From the NCBI RefSeq assembly GCF_057098645.1, contig NZ_CM169472.1: a DNA stretch of 64,000 bases; one strand, 5' to 3'. The position numbers and the translations under genes were made by a program. The first letter of the stretch is position 1. Each line of letters opens with the position of its first letter. The notes under the pieces are model-generated. The model saw only the letters and a program-made list of their open reading frames with translations, searched no databases and was not told the origin of the DNA. This document shows positions 42,471 through 53,357 of this stretch, piece by piece.

Positions 42471-43324
42471 GCACGTACTCCGTACACGGCAGAACTATCC
42501 ACGCCACGCGAATAATCAAATCCCATCCAGCAGCGCGGCCCGGAAACAGCAATGATTTCTGTTGCTGATTTACCCTCGCCAGCTGCCACACCGATGCTGC
42601 GTTTTACCTTGATATAGTGGTGAGTAAAATTGCGATACAGCGAACGGATCAGGGATGTGTCACTGTTAGAAACAATGACCGGATGTCCTTCTGATGACCG
42701 ATGTTCAAGAACGGATGCCAGGTGATACTGGTCATCTTCAGTGAAACCATCAGTGTGATAGCCGGAAAACGTACCGTCATACGGCGGATCGCAATACACC
42801 ACATCTCCCGCCTTCAACATCGCCAGCGTTTCATCAAAGCTGGCGCAGATAAACGTTGCTCGCTGGGCCTTTTCTGCAAATGCGCGAATTTCTTTTTCAG
42901 GGAAATACGGATTTTTATAATTACCGTAGGGAATGTTGAAATGCCCGCTCTTGTTATAGCGACATAAACCACGGTAACCGTGACGATTGAGATACAGGAA
43001 ATATACCGCTTTCATGAAATCAGTAATTTCAGTTGAGTAATTAAACTCCTGCCTTATGTTGTAATAAGCCACCTCCCTGTTTGCGATCTCAAATAAAACT
43101 CTGGCGCGAGATATAAACGATTCACAATCAGCGGCAACCTTTTTATAGAGGTTGATTAAATCAGGATTAATATCCGCAACCAGATAGCTGGGATAATCCG
43201 TCTCCATCATCACAGCACAGGACCCCGCGAAAGGTTCAACCAGTCGCGGGCCAGCAGGAAGATGTTTTTTCAGTTCGGACATAATGGCGGTTTTATTTCC
43301 CGCCCATTTCAGGATGGTGCTCAT
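42467..43324 (-). CDS. Dam-family DNA N6-adenine methyltransferase (phage-encoded orphan)
   Basis: [11 protein letters not shown]... N-terminus, SAM-binding FAGS motif and catalytic DPPY motif; stop overlaps the gene A start. Confidence 0.75.
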   Translation of the reverse strand: MSTILKWAGNKTAIMSELKKHLPAGPRLVEPFAGSCAVMMETDYPSYLVADINPDLINLYKKVAADCESFISRARVLFEIANREVAYYNIRQEFNYSTEITDFMKAVYFLYLNRHGYRGLCRYNKSGHFNIPYGNYKNPYFPEKEIRAFAEKAQRATFICASFDETLAMLKAGDVVYCDPPYDGTFSGYHTDGFTEDDQYHLASVLEHRSSEGHPVIVSNSDTSLIRSLYRNFTHHYIKVKRSIGVAAGEGKSATEIIAVSGPRCWMGFDYSRGVDSSAVYGVRA

Positions 43325-43548
43325 ACAACACCTCCGTTGTAATGTTTGCCTTTCAGCTCTGCGATTTCCTGACAGGTAATGCAAAGCTGCACACCCGGAA
43401 TGGCGCGGCGGCGTGCTGGCGGAATTGGCGCTTCACATTCAATACAAAGCACGCGAGACACGCCCGGTGTTTTGGCACGGGCAGCACGGATATGGCGCTG
43501 GCGTTCTTCTTCAACGCGCTGCTGTACGAGATCCATTGCATCAGCCAT
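43321..43548 (-). CDS. TraR/DksA-type C4 zinc-finger protein
   Basis: 75-aa ORF with CIECEAPIPPARRRAIPGVQLCITCQ. Confidence 0.6.
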   Translation of the reverse strand: MADAMDLVQQRVEEERQRHIRAARAKTPGVSRVLCIECEAPIPPARRRAIPGVQLCITCQEIAELKGKHYNGGVV

Positions 43549-43787
43549 TAGTGGATCTCCTGCGCTTCGCTCTGGATTGCTTCAGCAGTCACACGCAGCA
43601 GTTCTGCTGCTTCGACGTGGTTTAGCTGGCGGGATGTGATATGACACGCCAGGCTATCAAGGCGAGCTGCCATTGCTTCAGCCCTTGCCCGGCGTTCTTC
43701 CAGACGAGCCTCTGTCAGTAAAATATTAAGCCCTGCGTCATCCGGTCCGGTTTTAGTCGTGAGGATTTCAATATTACGCATAATCAA
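43548..43787 (-). CDS. Hypothetical early-region protein
   Basis: 79-aa ORF in the B-A interval; no recognisable motif. Confidence 0.4.
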   Translation of the reverse strand: MIMRNIEILTTKTGPDDAGLNILLTEARLEERRARAEAMAARLDSLACHITSRQLNHVEAAELLRVTAEAIQSEAQEIH

Positions 43788-43848
43788 TTCTCCTGAATTT
43801 AGATAAAGGGATGCCCGGCGGGTTTACGCCATTAATTTCATTAGTTGG

Positions 43849-44190
43849 TTAATTCGGCATGGTTAGCCGTCTGGGAAATAAGCTCACCACTGCACGAAAA
43901 TGATTCATTGCTTTAATCAACTCCCGCTTTTCGTCAGTGGTCAGCTCATTAATGCTGGTGCTATGACGTTCAGCTGGAATTTTTGCCATAAAGAATATGG
44001 CAGCCAGTGCCCTTTTATTTTGTTCATTATTGATATCCCATGGATCACGCATATCTTTAATAAACCGCTCAAGCTCTGACTCAATATTCAGGCCAAAAAC
44101 TTTCGCCCTTAATTCCGCAATGTGATTAAGTCCATTCAGGCGTTCACCGGGGCTTAATGGAACAGTCGCCGCAGTGCCTTCAATAGCCAT
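43849..44190 (-). CDS. Hypothetical early-region protein
   Basis: 113-aa ORF in the B-A interval. Confidence 0.4.
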   Translation of the reverse strand: MAIEGTAATVPLSPGERLNGLNHIAELRAKVFGLNIESELERFIKDMRDPWDINNEQNKRALAAIFFMAKIPAERHSTSINELTTDEKRELIKAMNHFRAVVSLFPRRLTMPN

Positions 44191-44384
44191 TTGTTCCCCC
44201 GTTTTTTCGTAGATAGTTCTGCCAGCAATTCATCTTGTGAACGGCACGGATGCCAGCGTTTACCATCCTCACCCATGATCCAGCCGTGACCGTAGTGCAT
44301 TGCCGGGCTTTGTTTTACCAGCAGCGATGCAAATGATGGTTCTTTCGTCAGCATAAGCACCTCACAGCAAACCGAATGAAGCAC
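44154..44384 (-). CDS. Hypothetical small protein
   Basis: 76-aa ORF overlapping both neighbours; coding status uncertain. Confidence 0.3.
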   Translation of the reverse strand: MLHSVCCEVLMLTKEPSFASLLVKQSPAMHYGHGWIMGEDGKRWHPCRSQDELLAELSTKKRGNKWLLKALRRLFH

Positions 44385-44877
44385 CGAGGCCAGTCACGGT
44401 ATCAACTGCACTCGCCATCGCAGGATTAGCCTGTAAACGGGCCTGCAATGAAACAGCCGCCAGCGCCATCAGTCGTGTTACAGAGTTAATGCTGCTGATA
44501 GCATCACGACGACCGGCACAGGTTTTTACATCGCCAGATACCGCACCTGCAGCAACACGCCCGATCTCTGCGGTTGCACTCATGACGTAATGTGGCAGTT
44601 TCTCTTTTGCCACCTCATTAATCGGTACACATGGCAGACAATGAATCTGTGCCAGAAAACCATCTACCAGCGTTGAATCTTCAGTCAGATCGGTAAGCAG
44701 CCAGATTTCTGGTGCGGTTAATAAATGAGGTTGAGCTGGGTTCAGCTTGTTCCGCAGAATCTGCACATTCATGCCAGCACGTTCTGCCAGTTGCACCAGG
44801 TTGTGGCGCAATGCGAATGCACGACAGGCTTCATCAAAATGTGGATGTTTGGAAACTTGGTAATCAAACATGGTCAA
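44362..44877 (-). CDS. Replication protein gpB-like
   Basis: 171-aa ORF downstream of cox, upstream of A, as in P2/186. Confidence 0.55.
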   Translation of the reverse strand: MTMFDYQVSKHPHFDEACRAFALRHNLVQLAERAGMNVQILRNKLNPAQPHLLTAPEIWLLTDLTEDSTLVDGFLAQIHCLPCVPINEVAKEKLPHYVMSATAEIGRVAAGAVSGDVKTCAGRRDAISSINSVTRLMALAAVSLQARLQANPAMASAVDTVTGLGASFGLL

Positions 44878-44903
44878 TGCCTCTGATGTATCTCAGAATC
44901 GAA

Positions 44904-45125
44904 CTAATTAAGGTTTAGATTGCATTCTGAAAGCGCATCAACGGTCATTGCTGCTATGTTGATCATCACTTTTTCGCGTTTTTTATCTTTGCGCAGACGG
45001 TGACGGATAAGGCGTCCATCAGCCAACATGTCATTGATGGTATCGATGGATAGCCCTGTCAGCTCGCTATAGCGTTCAATAGTCACATGAGGCGTGGTAA
45101 GAGTGATTGAAATGTTAGGTCTCAT
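44904..45125 (-). CDS. Cox/Apl-like excisionase and switch regulator
   Basis: 73-aa HTH protein divergent from the repressor gene (...[22 protein letters not shown]...). Confidence 0.55.
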   Translation of the reverse strand: MRPNISITLTTPHVTIERYSELTGLSIDTINDMLADGRLIRHRLRKDKKREKVMINIAAMTVDALSECNLNLN

Positions 45126-45244
45126 GATGCAACATTCCTCGTTTAATGATGATTAATCAGGACGAATACGGATCGTTTGTATTTTGTGAACACCATAAAC
45201 ATACGATCGCACAGTGAAATCTTCAAGATAAAAGTTCACTTGGA

Positions 45245-45820
45245 GTGACCATGAATTTGGAGAAAGGCGGACGAGGCGCTATAGAGCGCATGGTAGAAGC
45301 TTATGGATTCAAGACTCGACAGGCGTTGTGCGATCATTTAGGAATCTCTAAAAGTACACTCGCCACACGCTACATGCGTGACTCATTCCCAGCAGAATGG
45401 GTAATCCAGTGCGCCCTTGAAACAGGCACCTCGCTTAATTGGCTCACAACCGGGCATGGTTCAAAGCAAACTTCAGGTAATACAAATACTATGGAAGTTG
45501 CTAAATATGTATTATCTGATGGGGCCTTGTGTGAAGACGGTTTTTATATTTTCGATAGAGAATTTCTACCGTCGGCATTCAAGAATCTTTTTGTAATCAC
45601 AGATAATAATTCTGAATTTATTTGTGATAAGGAATTTGATGATATACGTGATGGTAAATGGGTAATAAGTATTGATGGCGAAATAACGATCCGTGACATT
45701 ACTCGTTTACCCGGTGGAAGAATCTTCGTCGAGGGTGGAAACAGAGCCTTCGAATGCAAGATAGAAGACATTGAAATAATTGGTAAAATTATAAGCTTAA
45801 CAGTCAAGTATGTTAAATAG
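45245..45820 (+). CDS. 186-type CI immunity repressor
   Basis: 191-aa ORF; N-terminus ...MVEAYGFKTRQALCDHLGISKSTLATRYMRD...CALETGTSLNWLTTGHG resembles 186 CI; followed by int on the same strand. Confidence 0.7.
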   Translation: MTMNLEKGGRGAIERMVEAYGFKTRQALCDHLGISKSTLATRYMRDSFPAEWVIQCALETGTSLNWLTTGHGSKQTSGNTNTMEVAKYVLSDGALCEDGFYIFDREFLPSAFKNLFVITDNNSEFICDKEFDDIRDGKWVISIDGEITIRDITRLPGGRIFVEGGNRAFECKIEDIEIIGKIISLTVKYVK

Positions 45821-45835
45821 TACCGGGAGGAAATT

Positions 45836-46027
45836 ATGCTTGGTAAGGTATTTTTTGTGGTTTTGTCATGTTCTTTGTTATTAAACCCACTAGCTACCTA
45901 TGCTAGAAATTATCCCTGCTCAGGGAAAAAGGGAGGTGTTTCTCACTGTACCTCTGATGGCAAATTCGTTTGCAATGATGGAACTATTAGTAAATCCAAA
46001 AAAATCTGTACTAAAAACTCACGATAA
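45836..46027 (+). CDS. Small secreted cysteine-rich peptide (lysogenic-operon cargo)
   Basis: 63-aa ORF with signal peptide ([19 protein letters not shown]) and about 40-aa mature part with 5 Cys and many Lys/Gly; RBS ggagg upstream. Confidence 0.45.
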   Translation: MLGKVFFVVLSCSLLLNPLATYARNYPCSGKKGGVSHCTSDGKFVCNDGTISKSKKICTKNSR

Positions 46028-46215
46028 CTTTTGCTTTTATATCTGCGCCTAAAATAAAAATGAGCCACAGGTTAACCGCAAAAGTTACATGCTCACATAG
46101 CAAAAAGAATAGCCTACTTCATTATGGCTTCAGTGAGATGTATGGTCGCAGGATTTCATACATTGAAACTGGTTATACATACAGTAAAAATGCTCTCTAT
46201 TGGAGGGCATTTTTT

Positions 46216-47247
46216 ATGGCTGTACGAAAACTCACCACAGGAAAATGGCTTTGCGAATGTTACCCCGCCGGACGTAGTGGGCGTCGTGTGCGTAAACAAT
46301 TCGCCACCAAAGGCGAAGCACTGGCTTTTGAGCGTCACACGATGGAAGAAACCGAAGCAAAGCCCTGGCTGGGTGAATCAGTGGATCGTCGAACACTGAA
46401 AGACGTGGTTGAGCTATGGTTCAAACTACATGGTAAATCACTGACTGCTGGGCAGCATGTCTATGACAAATTGCTGCTGATGGTTGACGCTCTGGGCAAT
46501 CCCCTTGCAACTGATCTCACATCTAAAATGTTTGCCCACTATCGAGATAAACGCCTGACAGGTGAGATCTACTTCAGCGAGAAATGGAAGAAAGGAGCAA
46601 GCCCGGTCACCATTAACCTGGAGCAAAGCTATCTAAGTAGTGTTTTTAGCGAACTATCCCGCCTGGGCGAATGGTCGTATCCGAACCCACTGGAGAACAT
46701 GCGAAAATTCACCATCGCAGAAAAAGAGATGGCATGGCTTACCCATGAGCAGATTGTTGAATTGCTGGCTGATTGCAAACGTCAGGACCCAATTCTGGCA
46801 CTGGTAGTTAAGATATGCTTAAGCACAGGCGCACGTTGGCGTGAAGCCGTAAATCTTACCCGCTCACAGGTGACCAAATACCGAATTACCTTTGTAAGAA
46901 CGAAGGGGAAGAAAAACAGAAGCATCCCTATCAGTAAAGAGCTTTACGAAGAGATCATGGCGCTTGATGGGTTCAATTTCTTTACAGACTGCTATTTTCA
47001 ATTTTTATCCGTGATGGAAAAAACGTCTATCGTGCTCCCTCGCGGTCAACTGACACACGTTCTGCGCCATACGTTTGCGGCGCACTTCATGATGTCGGGT
47101 GGAAATATCCTGGCCTTACAAAAAATTCTCGGGCATCACGATATAAAAATGACTATGCGTTACGCACATCTGGCACCGGATCACCTGGAAACTGCATTAC
47201 GGTTTAATCCGCTGGCAACACTACCAACATCAATAGCAAGTTTTTGA
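46216..47247 (+). CDS. int: Tyrosine integrase (P2/186 family)
   Basis: 343-aa product from MAVRKLTTGKW...; C-terminal catalytic region (HVLRHTFA...MRYAHL) with conserved R/H/Y residues. Confidence 0.85.
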   Translation: MAVRKLTTGKWLCECYPAGRSGRRVRKQFATKGEALAFERHTMEETEAKPWLGESVDRRTLKDVVELWFKLHGKSLTAGQHVYDKLLLMVDALGNPLATDLTSKMFAHYRDKRLTGEIYFSEKWKKGASPVTINLEQSYLSSVFSELSRLGEWSYPNPLENMRKFTIAEKEMAWLTHEQIVELLADCKRQDPILALVVKICLSTGARWREAVNLTRSQVTKYRITFVRTKGKKNRSIPISKELYEEIMALDGFNFFTDCYFQFLSVMEKTSIVLPRGQLTHVLRHTFAAHFMMSGGNILALQKILGHHDIKMTMRYAHLAPDHLETALRFNPLATLPTSIASF

Positions 47248-47305
47248 AAATGCGTATTTTGCCCTGTTGAGCTAATATTCTTTTTTTTCACATGGAGCAC
47301 TATCA

Positions 47306-47575
47306 ATGAATAAGTTTCAGCATCAGGGAGCGGAATTGCGCAACAGAGCCAAAGAATTGGCTTTATCCGTACTTAAAACTCACCCAGATGCCCAAAAAAA
47401 CGGCAACGGCGTTAAGCAAGCTGAGGTATTTCGTCTAAGCGGCCTCGATTGGGGAGAAAAACGGAAAGCAACAAGTTCGAACCAACAATATTGGGTTGTT
47501 GCACTATTGCGTGAACTAGAAGAGGAGGGGTTAGTCGAACAGATTGAAGATAGAGGCCCCTGGCGTCTAAGGTAA
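47306..47575 (+). CDS. Hypothetical protein between int and attR, possible winged-helix regulator
   Basis: 89-aa ORF; C-terminal YWVVALLRELEEEGLVEQIEDRGPWRL resembles a winged-helix recognition element. Confidence 0.35.
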   Translation: MNKFQHQGAELRNRAKELALSVLKTHPDAQKNGNGVKQAEVFRLSGLDWGEKRKATSSNQQYWVVALLRELEEEGLVEQIEDRGPWRLR

Positions 47576-47581
47576 AACAAG

Positions 47582-47603
47582 TGGCGACAAAGTGGCGGCA
47601 GCG
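47582..47603. repeat. 22-bp direct repeat, putative integrase arm-type site (copy 2)
   Basis: TGGCGACAAAGTGGCGGCAGCG, 21 of 22 identical to 11391-11412. Confidence 0.4.
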
Positions 47604-47691
47604 GTTGGCATTACCCCGTAATAACCACCACTGACCACCAACCCAACTTATTGTTTTTACTCTAACTTATTGTTTTCATTAACCCATTTAC

Positions 47692-47712
47692 ATAAATGAC
47701 CGTTTTGTTATC
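47692..47712. other. attR junction (phage / host hchA)
   Basis: hchA frame resumes exactly here (..aaatgac cgt ttt gtt atc = N D R F V I). Confidence 0.5.
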
Positions 47713-48018
47713 TCCCTTTGCCACGGCCCGGCGGCTTTTCTGGCGCTTCGCCACGGCGATAACCCACTGAATGGTTATTCCATTTGCGCATTCCCAGACG
47801 CCGCAGACAAACAAACGCCAGAGATAGGCTATATGCCGGGTCATCTCACCTGGTACTTCGGCGAAGAGCTGAAGAAAATGGGCATGAACATTATTAATGA
47901 CGACATCACCGGGCGAGTACATAAGGACCGTAAAGTTCTCACCGGCGACAGTCCTTTCGCAGCGAATGCGTTGGGTAAACTGGCGGCGCAGGAAATGCTG
48001 GCAGCTTACGCGGGTTAA
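47701..48018 (+). pseudogene. hchA: hchA 3' fragment
   Basis: Encodes RFVISLCHGPAAFLALRHGDNPLNGYSICAFPDAADKQTPEIGYMPGHLTWY...AAYAG, the HchA C-terminus including the catalytic Cys region. Confidence 0.85.
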
Positions 48019-48125
48019 TCCCTGTTACGTTTTAATGTAAGCGCATAATCAATCGCAGCCGCGTTAGTATTCACGACGTGGCTGCGTTTTTTCACGGTTA
48101 ATTTATGGCGTACTGAAGCCCTATG

Positions 48126-49484
48126 TTAATTTCTTTGCGGCAACGTAATCCGGAACACATTATGCTTATTGAGATAGTGATACGTAGCACTTCCCCCATG
48201 TAATTCGGCAATCGCTTTGACTAAAGAAAGGCCTAGTCCCTGACCTACGGAATGACGCGAATTATCTCCCCGCCAAAATCTACGGAAGAGTTTTTCAGGC
48301 TCATTAATTTTCGTTCCAGGGCTGGCGATATCAATATTAAGAGATCCGTTAGTATCAAGAAAACTGGTTATATGAATGCGCGATTTTTCTGGTGAATATC
48401 GAATGGCGTTAACAATAAGATTCGATAACATTCGTTGCAGTAAAATTTTATCCGCATAAATTTGCTGATTGCACTCGACCTTAAAGCAAATCTCTTTCTC
48501 GTCTGAAAGGTATTCAAGATAGTCCAACAAATTTTCGACTTCCTTATTGAGAGAAAGCGATTCCAGTTTCACCAAAACATTATTTTTATCTGCCCTGGCA
48601 AGAAACAGTATGTTCTCTGTTAACCGCGAAATATTTTCCAGCTCTTCAATGTTTCCGGCAATTGTTTTTTGATATTCAGCGATACTTCTGGTTTGACTGA
48701 GCGTAACCTGATTCTGACCCAGTAATGCATTAATTGGCGTTCTAAGTTCATGAGCGAGATCGTCAGCAAACTGACTTAGACGCTCAAAATCTTTGACTAA
48801 AGCATGATGCATTTTATTCAACGCCTGCCCAAGCGGTTTTAGTTCTCTCGGTAATGCGCTAACCTCAACAGGCTCTCGGCTATCGTTATAATTCAGCGCT
48901 TCCGTTACACCACTCAACTTTTTGATCTCTCGTAACCCCGTTCGGATTAACAGCGGACTTAATACTGAGCACAGTATAATGGCGACAATGCAAATTATAA
49001 TGCTATTGATTTTATACTGTTCAAGCATGTTATGTCTGGCTGAAGCCAATTTAGCCACAGTAACCGTTAATGATGGCGAAACTTCATCAATATTAATTCG
49101 TAAAGCATCTATCTCTGTATCATTAATAATGCTTCTGTAAATGCCAGCTGCACTGATTGTCTCACTAGCAGGTATGTTATTTAACATGCCATCACTGACA
49201 TTTGTCCGGTTAACAATTTTATTGATGCTATCACCATGAATGATCAAGATATCCTGACTAACATCCATCATCCGGTTAAAGTACACAGGTAACGTATCTG
49301 GATTTACCCCATCAATTAACAACTGCTTGATCTGTGCTGTCCGGTTAATGAGTGTTGTATCATCGCGCCATTTCAACTCACTTGCCAGGCCATTATAGAG
49401 AGTCCAGACAATTCCAGCGCCAGCAACAGACAGCAGCAATATAAAAAGCAAGGTTAAACGGACGGTTATAGACAATCTTTTCAT
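48126..49484 (-). CDS. hprS: Two-component sensor histidine kinase HprS (YedV)
   Basis: 452-aa ORF with N-terminal TM, HAMP, H-box (LAHELRTP) and ATPase G-boxes. Confidence 0.85.
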   Translation of the reverse strand: MKRLSITVRLTLLFILLLSVAGAGIVWTLYNGLASELKWRDDTTLINRTAQIKQLLIDGVNPDTLPVYFNRMMDVSQDILIIHGDSINKIVNRTNVSDGMLNNIPASETISAAGIYRSIINDTEIDALRINIDEVSPSLTVTVAKLASARHNMLEQYKINSIIICIVAIILCSVLSPLLIRTGLREIKKLSGVTEALNYNDSREPVEVSALPRELKPLGQALNKMHHALVKDFERLSQFADDLAHELRTPINALLGQNQVTLSQTRSIAEYQKTIAGNIEELENISRLTENILFLARADKNNVLVKLESLSLNKEVENLLDYLEYLSDEKEICFKVECNQQIYADKILLQRMLSNLIVNAIRYSPEKSRIHITSFLDTNGSLNIDIASPGTKINEPEKLFRRFWRGDNSRHSVGQGLGLSLVKAIAELHGGSATYHYLNKHNVFRITLPQRN

Positions 49485-50155
49485 TATTTTTTTACCGCTA
49501 CGAACGAATATCCCATCCCACGGATTGTGGCAATTAGCTTTTCAGGAAAAGGATCATCAACTTTTGCGCGGAGCCTGCGAATGGCGACATCCACCGTATT
49601 GGTATCACTATCAAAGTTGATTCCCCAAATTTCACTCGCAATAACCGTTCTGGGTATAATTTCGCCAGCTCTGGAGGCCAGTAGCCAAAGTAACTGAAAC
49701 TCCTTGCGCGTCAGTGTAATACTGATATTGTCCCTGCTCACACTTTGACTAACAGAGTCCATTCTTAAGCCGCTGATTTCTAATATTGAATTCAAAGCGT
49801 GATGTTGCCTTAATTGTGCCCGAACCCTTGCCAGCAACTCAGAAAATGAAAAAGGTTTTACCAGATAATCATTTGCTCCACTGTCCAGCCCTCTGACTCT
49901 GTCATCGACAGAATCCCTTGCAGTAAGGCAAATAACAGGGGTTTGCTTTGCCGTTCTTAACGTTTGTAAGATCTGCCAGCCATCCATACCCGGAAGCATA
50001 ATATCCAGAATGATCAATGCATAATCATCCTTCAGCGCAAGATAAAGCCCATCTCTGCCATCAGAAACGGCATCAATGACATAACCCGCTTCGGAAAGCC
50101 CCTGCGTTACCCACTCCTGGGTCCTTTGATTATCTTCAATAAGTAAAATCTTCAT
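49484..50155 (-). CDS. hprR: OmpR-family response regulator HprR (YedW)
   Basis: 223-aa product from MKILLIEDN...; receiver domain plus winged-helix output. Confidence 0.85.
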   Translation of the reverse strand: MKILLIEDNQRTQEWVTQGLSEAGYVIDAVSDGRDGLYLALKDDYALIILDIMLPGMDGWQILQTLRTAKQTPVICLTARDSVDDRVRGLDSGANDYLVKPFSFSELLARVRAQLRQHHALNSILEISGLRMDSVSQSVSRDNISITLTRKEFQLLWLLASRAGEIIPRTVIASEIWGINFDSDTNTVDVAIRRLRAKVDDPFPEKLIATIRGMGYSFVAVKK

Positions 50156-50287
50156 GAAAATAATATGCCATAAATCATATGTTATAGAAACAGCCTGGTT
50201 CATTACAAAATTGTAATGCTGCTGTAAGGTTACCCTGGACGCTTTTTCGCTATCCTCAAAACTCATTCACATGACAAGGATATAAAC

Positions 50288-50701
50288 ATGTTAAAGCGTT
50301 ATTTAGTACTCTCCGTAGTAACGGCTGCATTTTCATTACCTTCTTTGGTCTATGCTGCACAACAAAACATTCTTAGCGTGCACATTTTGAACCAGCAAAC
50401 AGGAAAACCCGCTGCCGACGTGACAGTCACTCTTGAAAAGAAAGCGGACAACGGCTGGTTACAACTTAATACCGCCAAAACAGATAAGGATGGACGAATT
50501 AAGGCACTGTGGCCCGAGCAAACTGCAACTACGGGCGATTACCGTGTCGTATTTAAAACCGGGGACTATTTCAAGAAACAAAATCTTGAAAGTTTCTTCC
50601 CTGAGATCCCCGTTGAATTTCATATTAATAAAGTGAACGAGCATTATCATGTGCCTTTATTACTTAGCCAATATGGGTATTCAACCTATCGTGGCAGTTA
50701 A
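50288..50701 (+). CDS. hiuH: 5-hydroxyisourate hydrolase (transthyretin-like periplasmic protein)
   Basis: 137-aa ORF with signal peptide and C-terminal YRGS motif typical of HIU hydrolases. Confidence 0.85.
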   Translation: MLKRYLVLSVVTAAFSLPSLVYAAQQNILSVHILNQQTGKPAADVTVTLEKKADNGWLQLNTAKTDKDGRIKALWPEQTATTGDYRVVFKTGDYFKKQNLESFFPEIPVEFHINKVNEHYHVPLLLSQYGYSTYRGS

Positions 50702-50803
50702 TGCATAAATATGTAAAAGCAGATCTCTGCTACTGTTAGGGAGGACACTCCCTGACAGATTAACAGTAAACGGCTCTTGCTGGCTAACGACAAAAAAGTG
50801 TGA

Positions 50804-51814
<1,011 letters not shown>

Positions 51815-52450
51815 ATGCGTCTGACAGCAAAACAGGTGACATGGCTGAAAGTTTGCCTGCATCTTGCCGGATTGTTGCCGTTTCTCTGGCTGGTCTGGGC
51901 GATCAATCACGGTGGACTGGGTGCCGATCCGGTGAAAGATATTCAGCATTTTACCGGTCGCACTGCACTGAAATTTTTGCTGGCGACCTTGTTAATCACA
52001 CCTCTGGCACGCTACGCAAAACAGCCGTTATTGATACGCACTCGCCGCCTGTTAGGATTATGGTGCTTTGCCTGGGCGACACTGCATTTAACAAGTTACG
52101 CATTGCTGGAGCTGGGCGTGAATAATCTGGCGTTATTAGGTAAGGAGTTAATTACCCGGCCTTATTTAACGTTAGGTATTATCAGCTGGGTAATTTTGCT
52201 TGCTTTAGCGTTCACTTCAACCCAGGCGATGCAGCGAAAACTCGGCAAGCACTGGCAACAGTTGCATAATTTCGTCTATCTTGTCGCGATCCTGGCCCCA
52301 ATACATTATCTGTGGTCAGTGAAGATTATTTCACCGCAGCCGCTCATCTACGCTGGGCTGGCTGTACTGCTTTTAGCCTTACGGTATAAGAAGTTGCGTT
52401 CCCTTTTTAACCGGTTACGCAAGCAGATTCACAACAAATTATCTGTATAA
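51815..52450 (+). CDS. msrQ: Haem-binding membrane subunit MsrQ (YedZ)
   Basis: 211-aa polytopic membrane protein, translationally coupled to msrP. Confidence 0.85.
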   Translation: MRLTAKQVTWLKVCLHLAGLLPFLWLVWAINHGGLGADPVKDIQHFTGRTALKFLLATLLITPLARYAKQPLLIRTRRLLGLWCFAWATLHLTSYALLELGVNNLALLGKELITRPYLTLGIISWVILLALAFTSTQAMQRKLGKHWQQLHNFVYLVAILAPIHYLWSVKIISPQPLIYAGLAVLLLALRYKKLRSLFNRLRKQIHNKLSV

Positions 52451-52649
52451 CTTCATATTGCCGACAAAGTACGCGTTATCCCTGCCGGATGTGGCGCTAG
52501 CGCCCTATCCGGCATACACAGATCGCATCAGGTTATGTTTCGTTTGTCATCAACCTCAAATCACCAAAATAATTTATTTTATTTCAATAAGATAGATAAG
52601 TAGAACTGAGAAAGCCATGCTCTCGTTTCCTAAGAGTTGTTGCATTTTG

Positions 52650-52672
52650 CTATATGTTACAATATAACATTA
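52650..52672. promoter_or_regulatory. Candidate Zur operator upstream of zinT
   Basis: TATGTTACAATATAACATTAC, a near-palindrome resembling the Zur box (GAAATGTTATAWTATAACATTTC), about 35 bp upstream of zinT. Confidence 0.45.
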
Positions 52673-52706
52673 CACATCATATACATTAACTCTGGAGGAA
52701 ACTGTT

Positions 52707-53357
52707 TTGGCGATTCGTCTTCACAAACTGGCTGTTGCTTTAGGTGTCTTTATTGTTAGCGCTCCTGCCTTTTCGCATGGTCATCACTCACACGGCAAAC
52801 CCTTAACAGAGGTCGAACAAAAAGCTGCTAATGGTGTTTTTGATGATGCCAATGTACAAAACCGAACGCTCAGTGACTGGCATGGAGTCTGGCAATCCGT
52901 TTATCCTTTACTGCAAAGTGGCAAACTTGACCCCGTCTTTCAGAAGAAAGCGGATGCAGATAAAACTAAAACATTTGCTGAAATTAAAGATTATTATCAC
53001 AAAGGTTATGCAACAGATATCGAGATGATTGGCATTGAGGACGGCATTGTTGAATTCCATAGAAATAATGAAACAACATCCTGTAAATATGATTACGATG
53101 GATACAAAATACTCACCTATAAATCAGGCAAGAAAGGCGTTCGTTACTTATTCGAATGTAAAGATCCTGAAAGCAAAGCCCCTAAATATATACAATTTAG
53201 CGATCATATAATTGCACCACGAAAATCATCTCATTTTCACATTTTTATGGGTAATGATTCACAGCAATCTTTATTAAATGAAATGGAAAACTGGCCAACG
53301 TATTATCCATATCAGTTGAGTAGCGAAGAAGTGGTCGAGGAAATGATGTCTCATTGA
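52707..53357 (+). CDS. zinT: Periplasmic zinc/cadmium-binding protein ZinT (YodA)
   Basis: 216-aa ORF with signal peptide and His-rich N-terminus (HGHHSHGK). Confidence 0.85.
   Translation: MAIRLHKLAVALGVFIVSAPAFSHGHHSHGKPLTEVEQKAANGVFDDANVQNRTLSDWHGVWQSVYPLLQSGKLDPVFQKKADADKTKTFAEIKDYYHKGYATDIEMIGIEDGIVEFHRNNETTSCKYDYDGYKILTYKSGKKGVRYLFECKDPESKAPKYIQFSDHIIAPRKSSHFHIFMGNDSQQSLLNEMENWPTYYPYQLSSEEVVEEMMSH

Larger units (their letters stand above)
11325..47698. mobile_element. P2/186-like temperate prophage (~36.4 kb including two IS insertions), integrated in hchA
   Basis: Complete P2 late-gene synteny (ogr-D-U-T-E-FII-FI...G-H-I-J-W-V-S-R-lysCBA-K-Y-X-L-M-N-O/P-Q), 186-like cI/cox/B/A region, integrase at right end; flanked by the two halves of hchA. 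Confidence 0.85.

Noticed and set aside
49484-50266. Extended 260-aa form of the response regulator ORF
   Set aside because: The N-terminal 37 codons are not part of the conserved receiver domain; the start was placed at MKILLIEDN, consistent with OmpR-family regulators.
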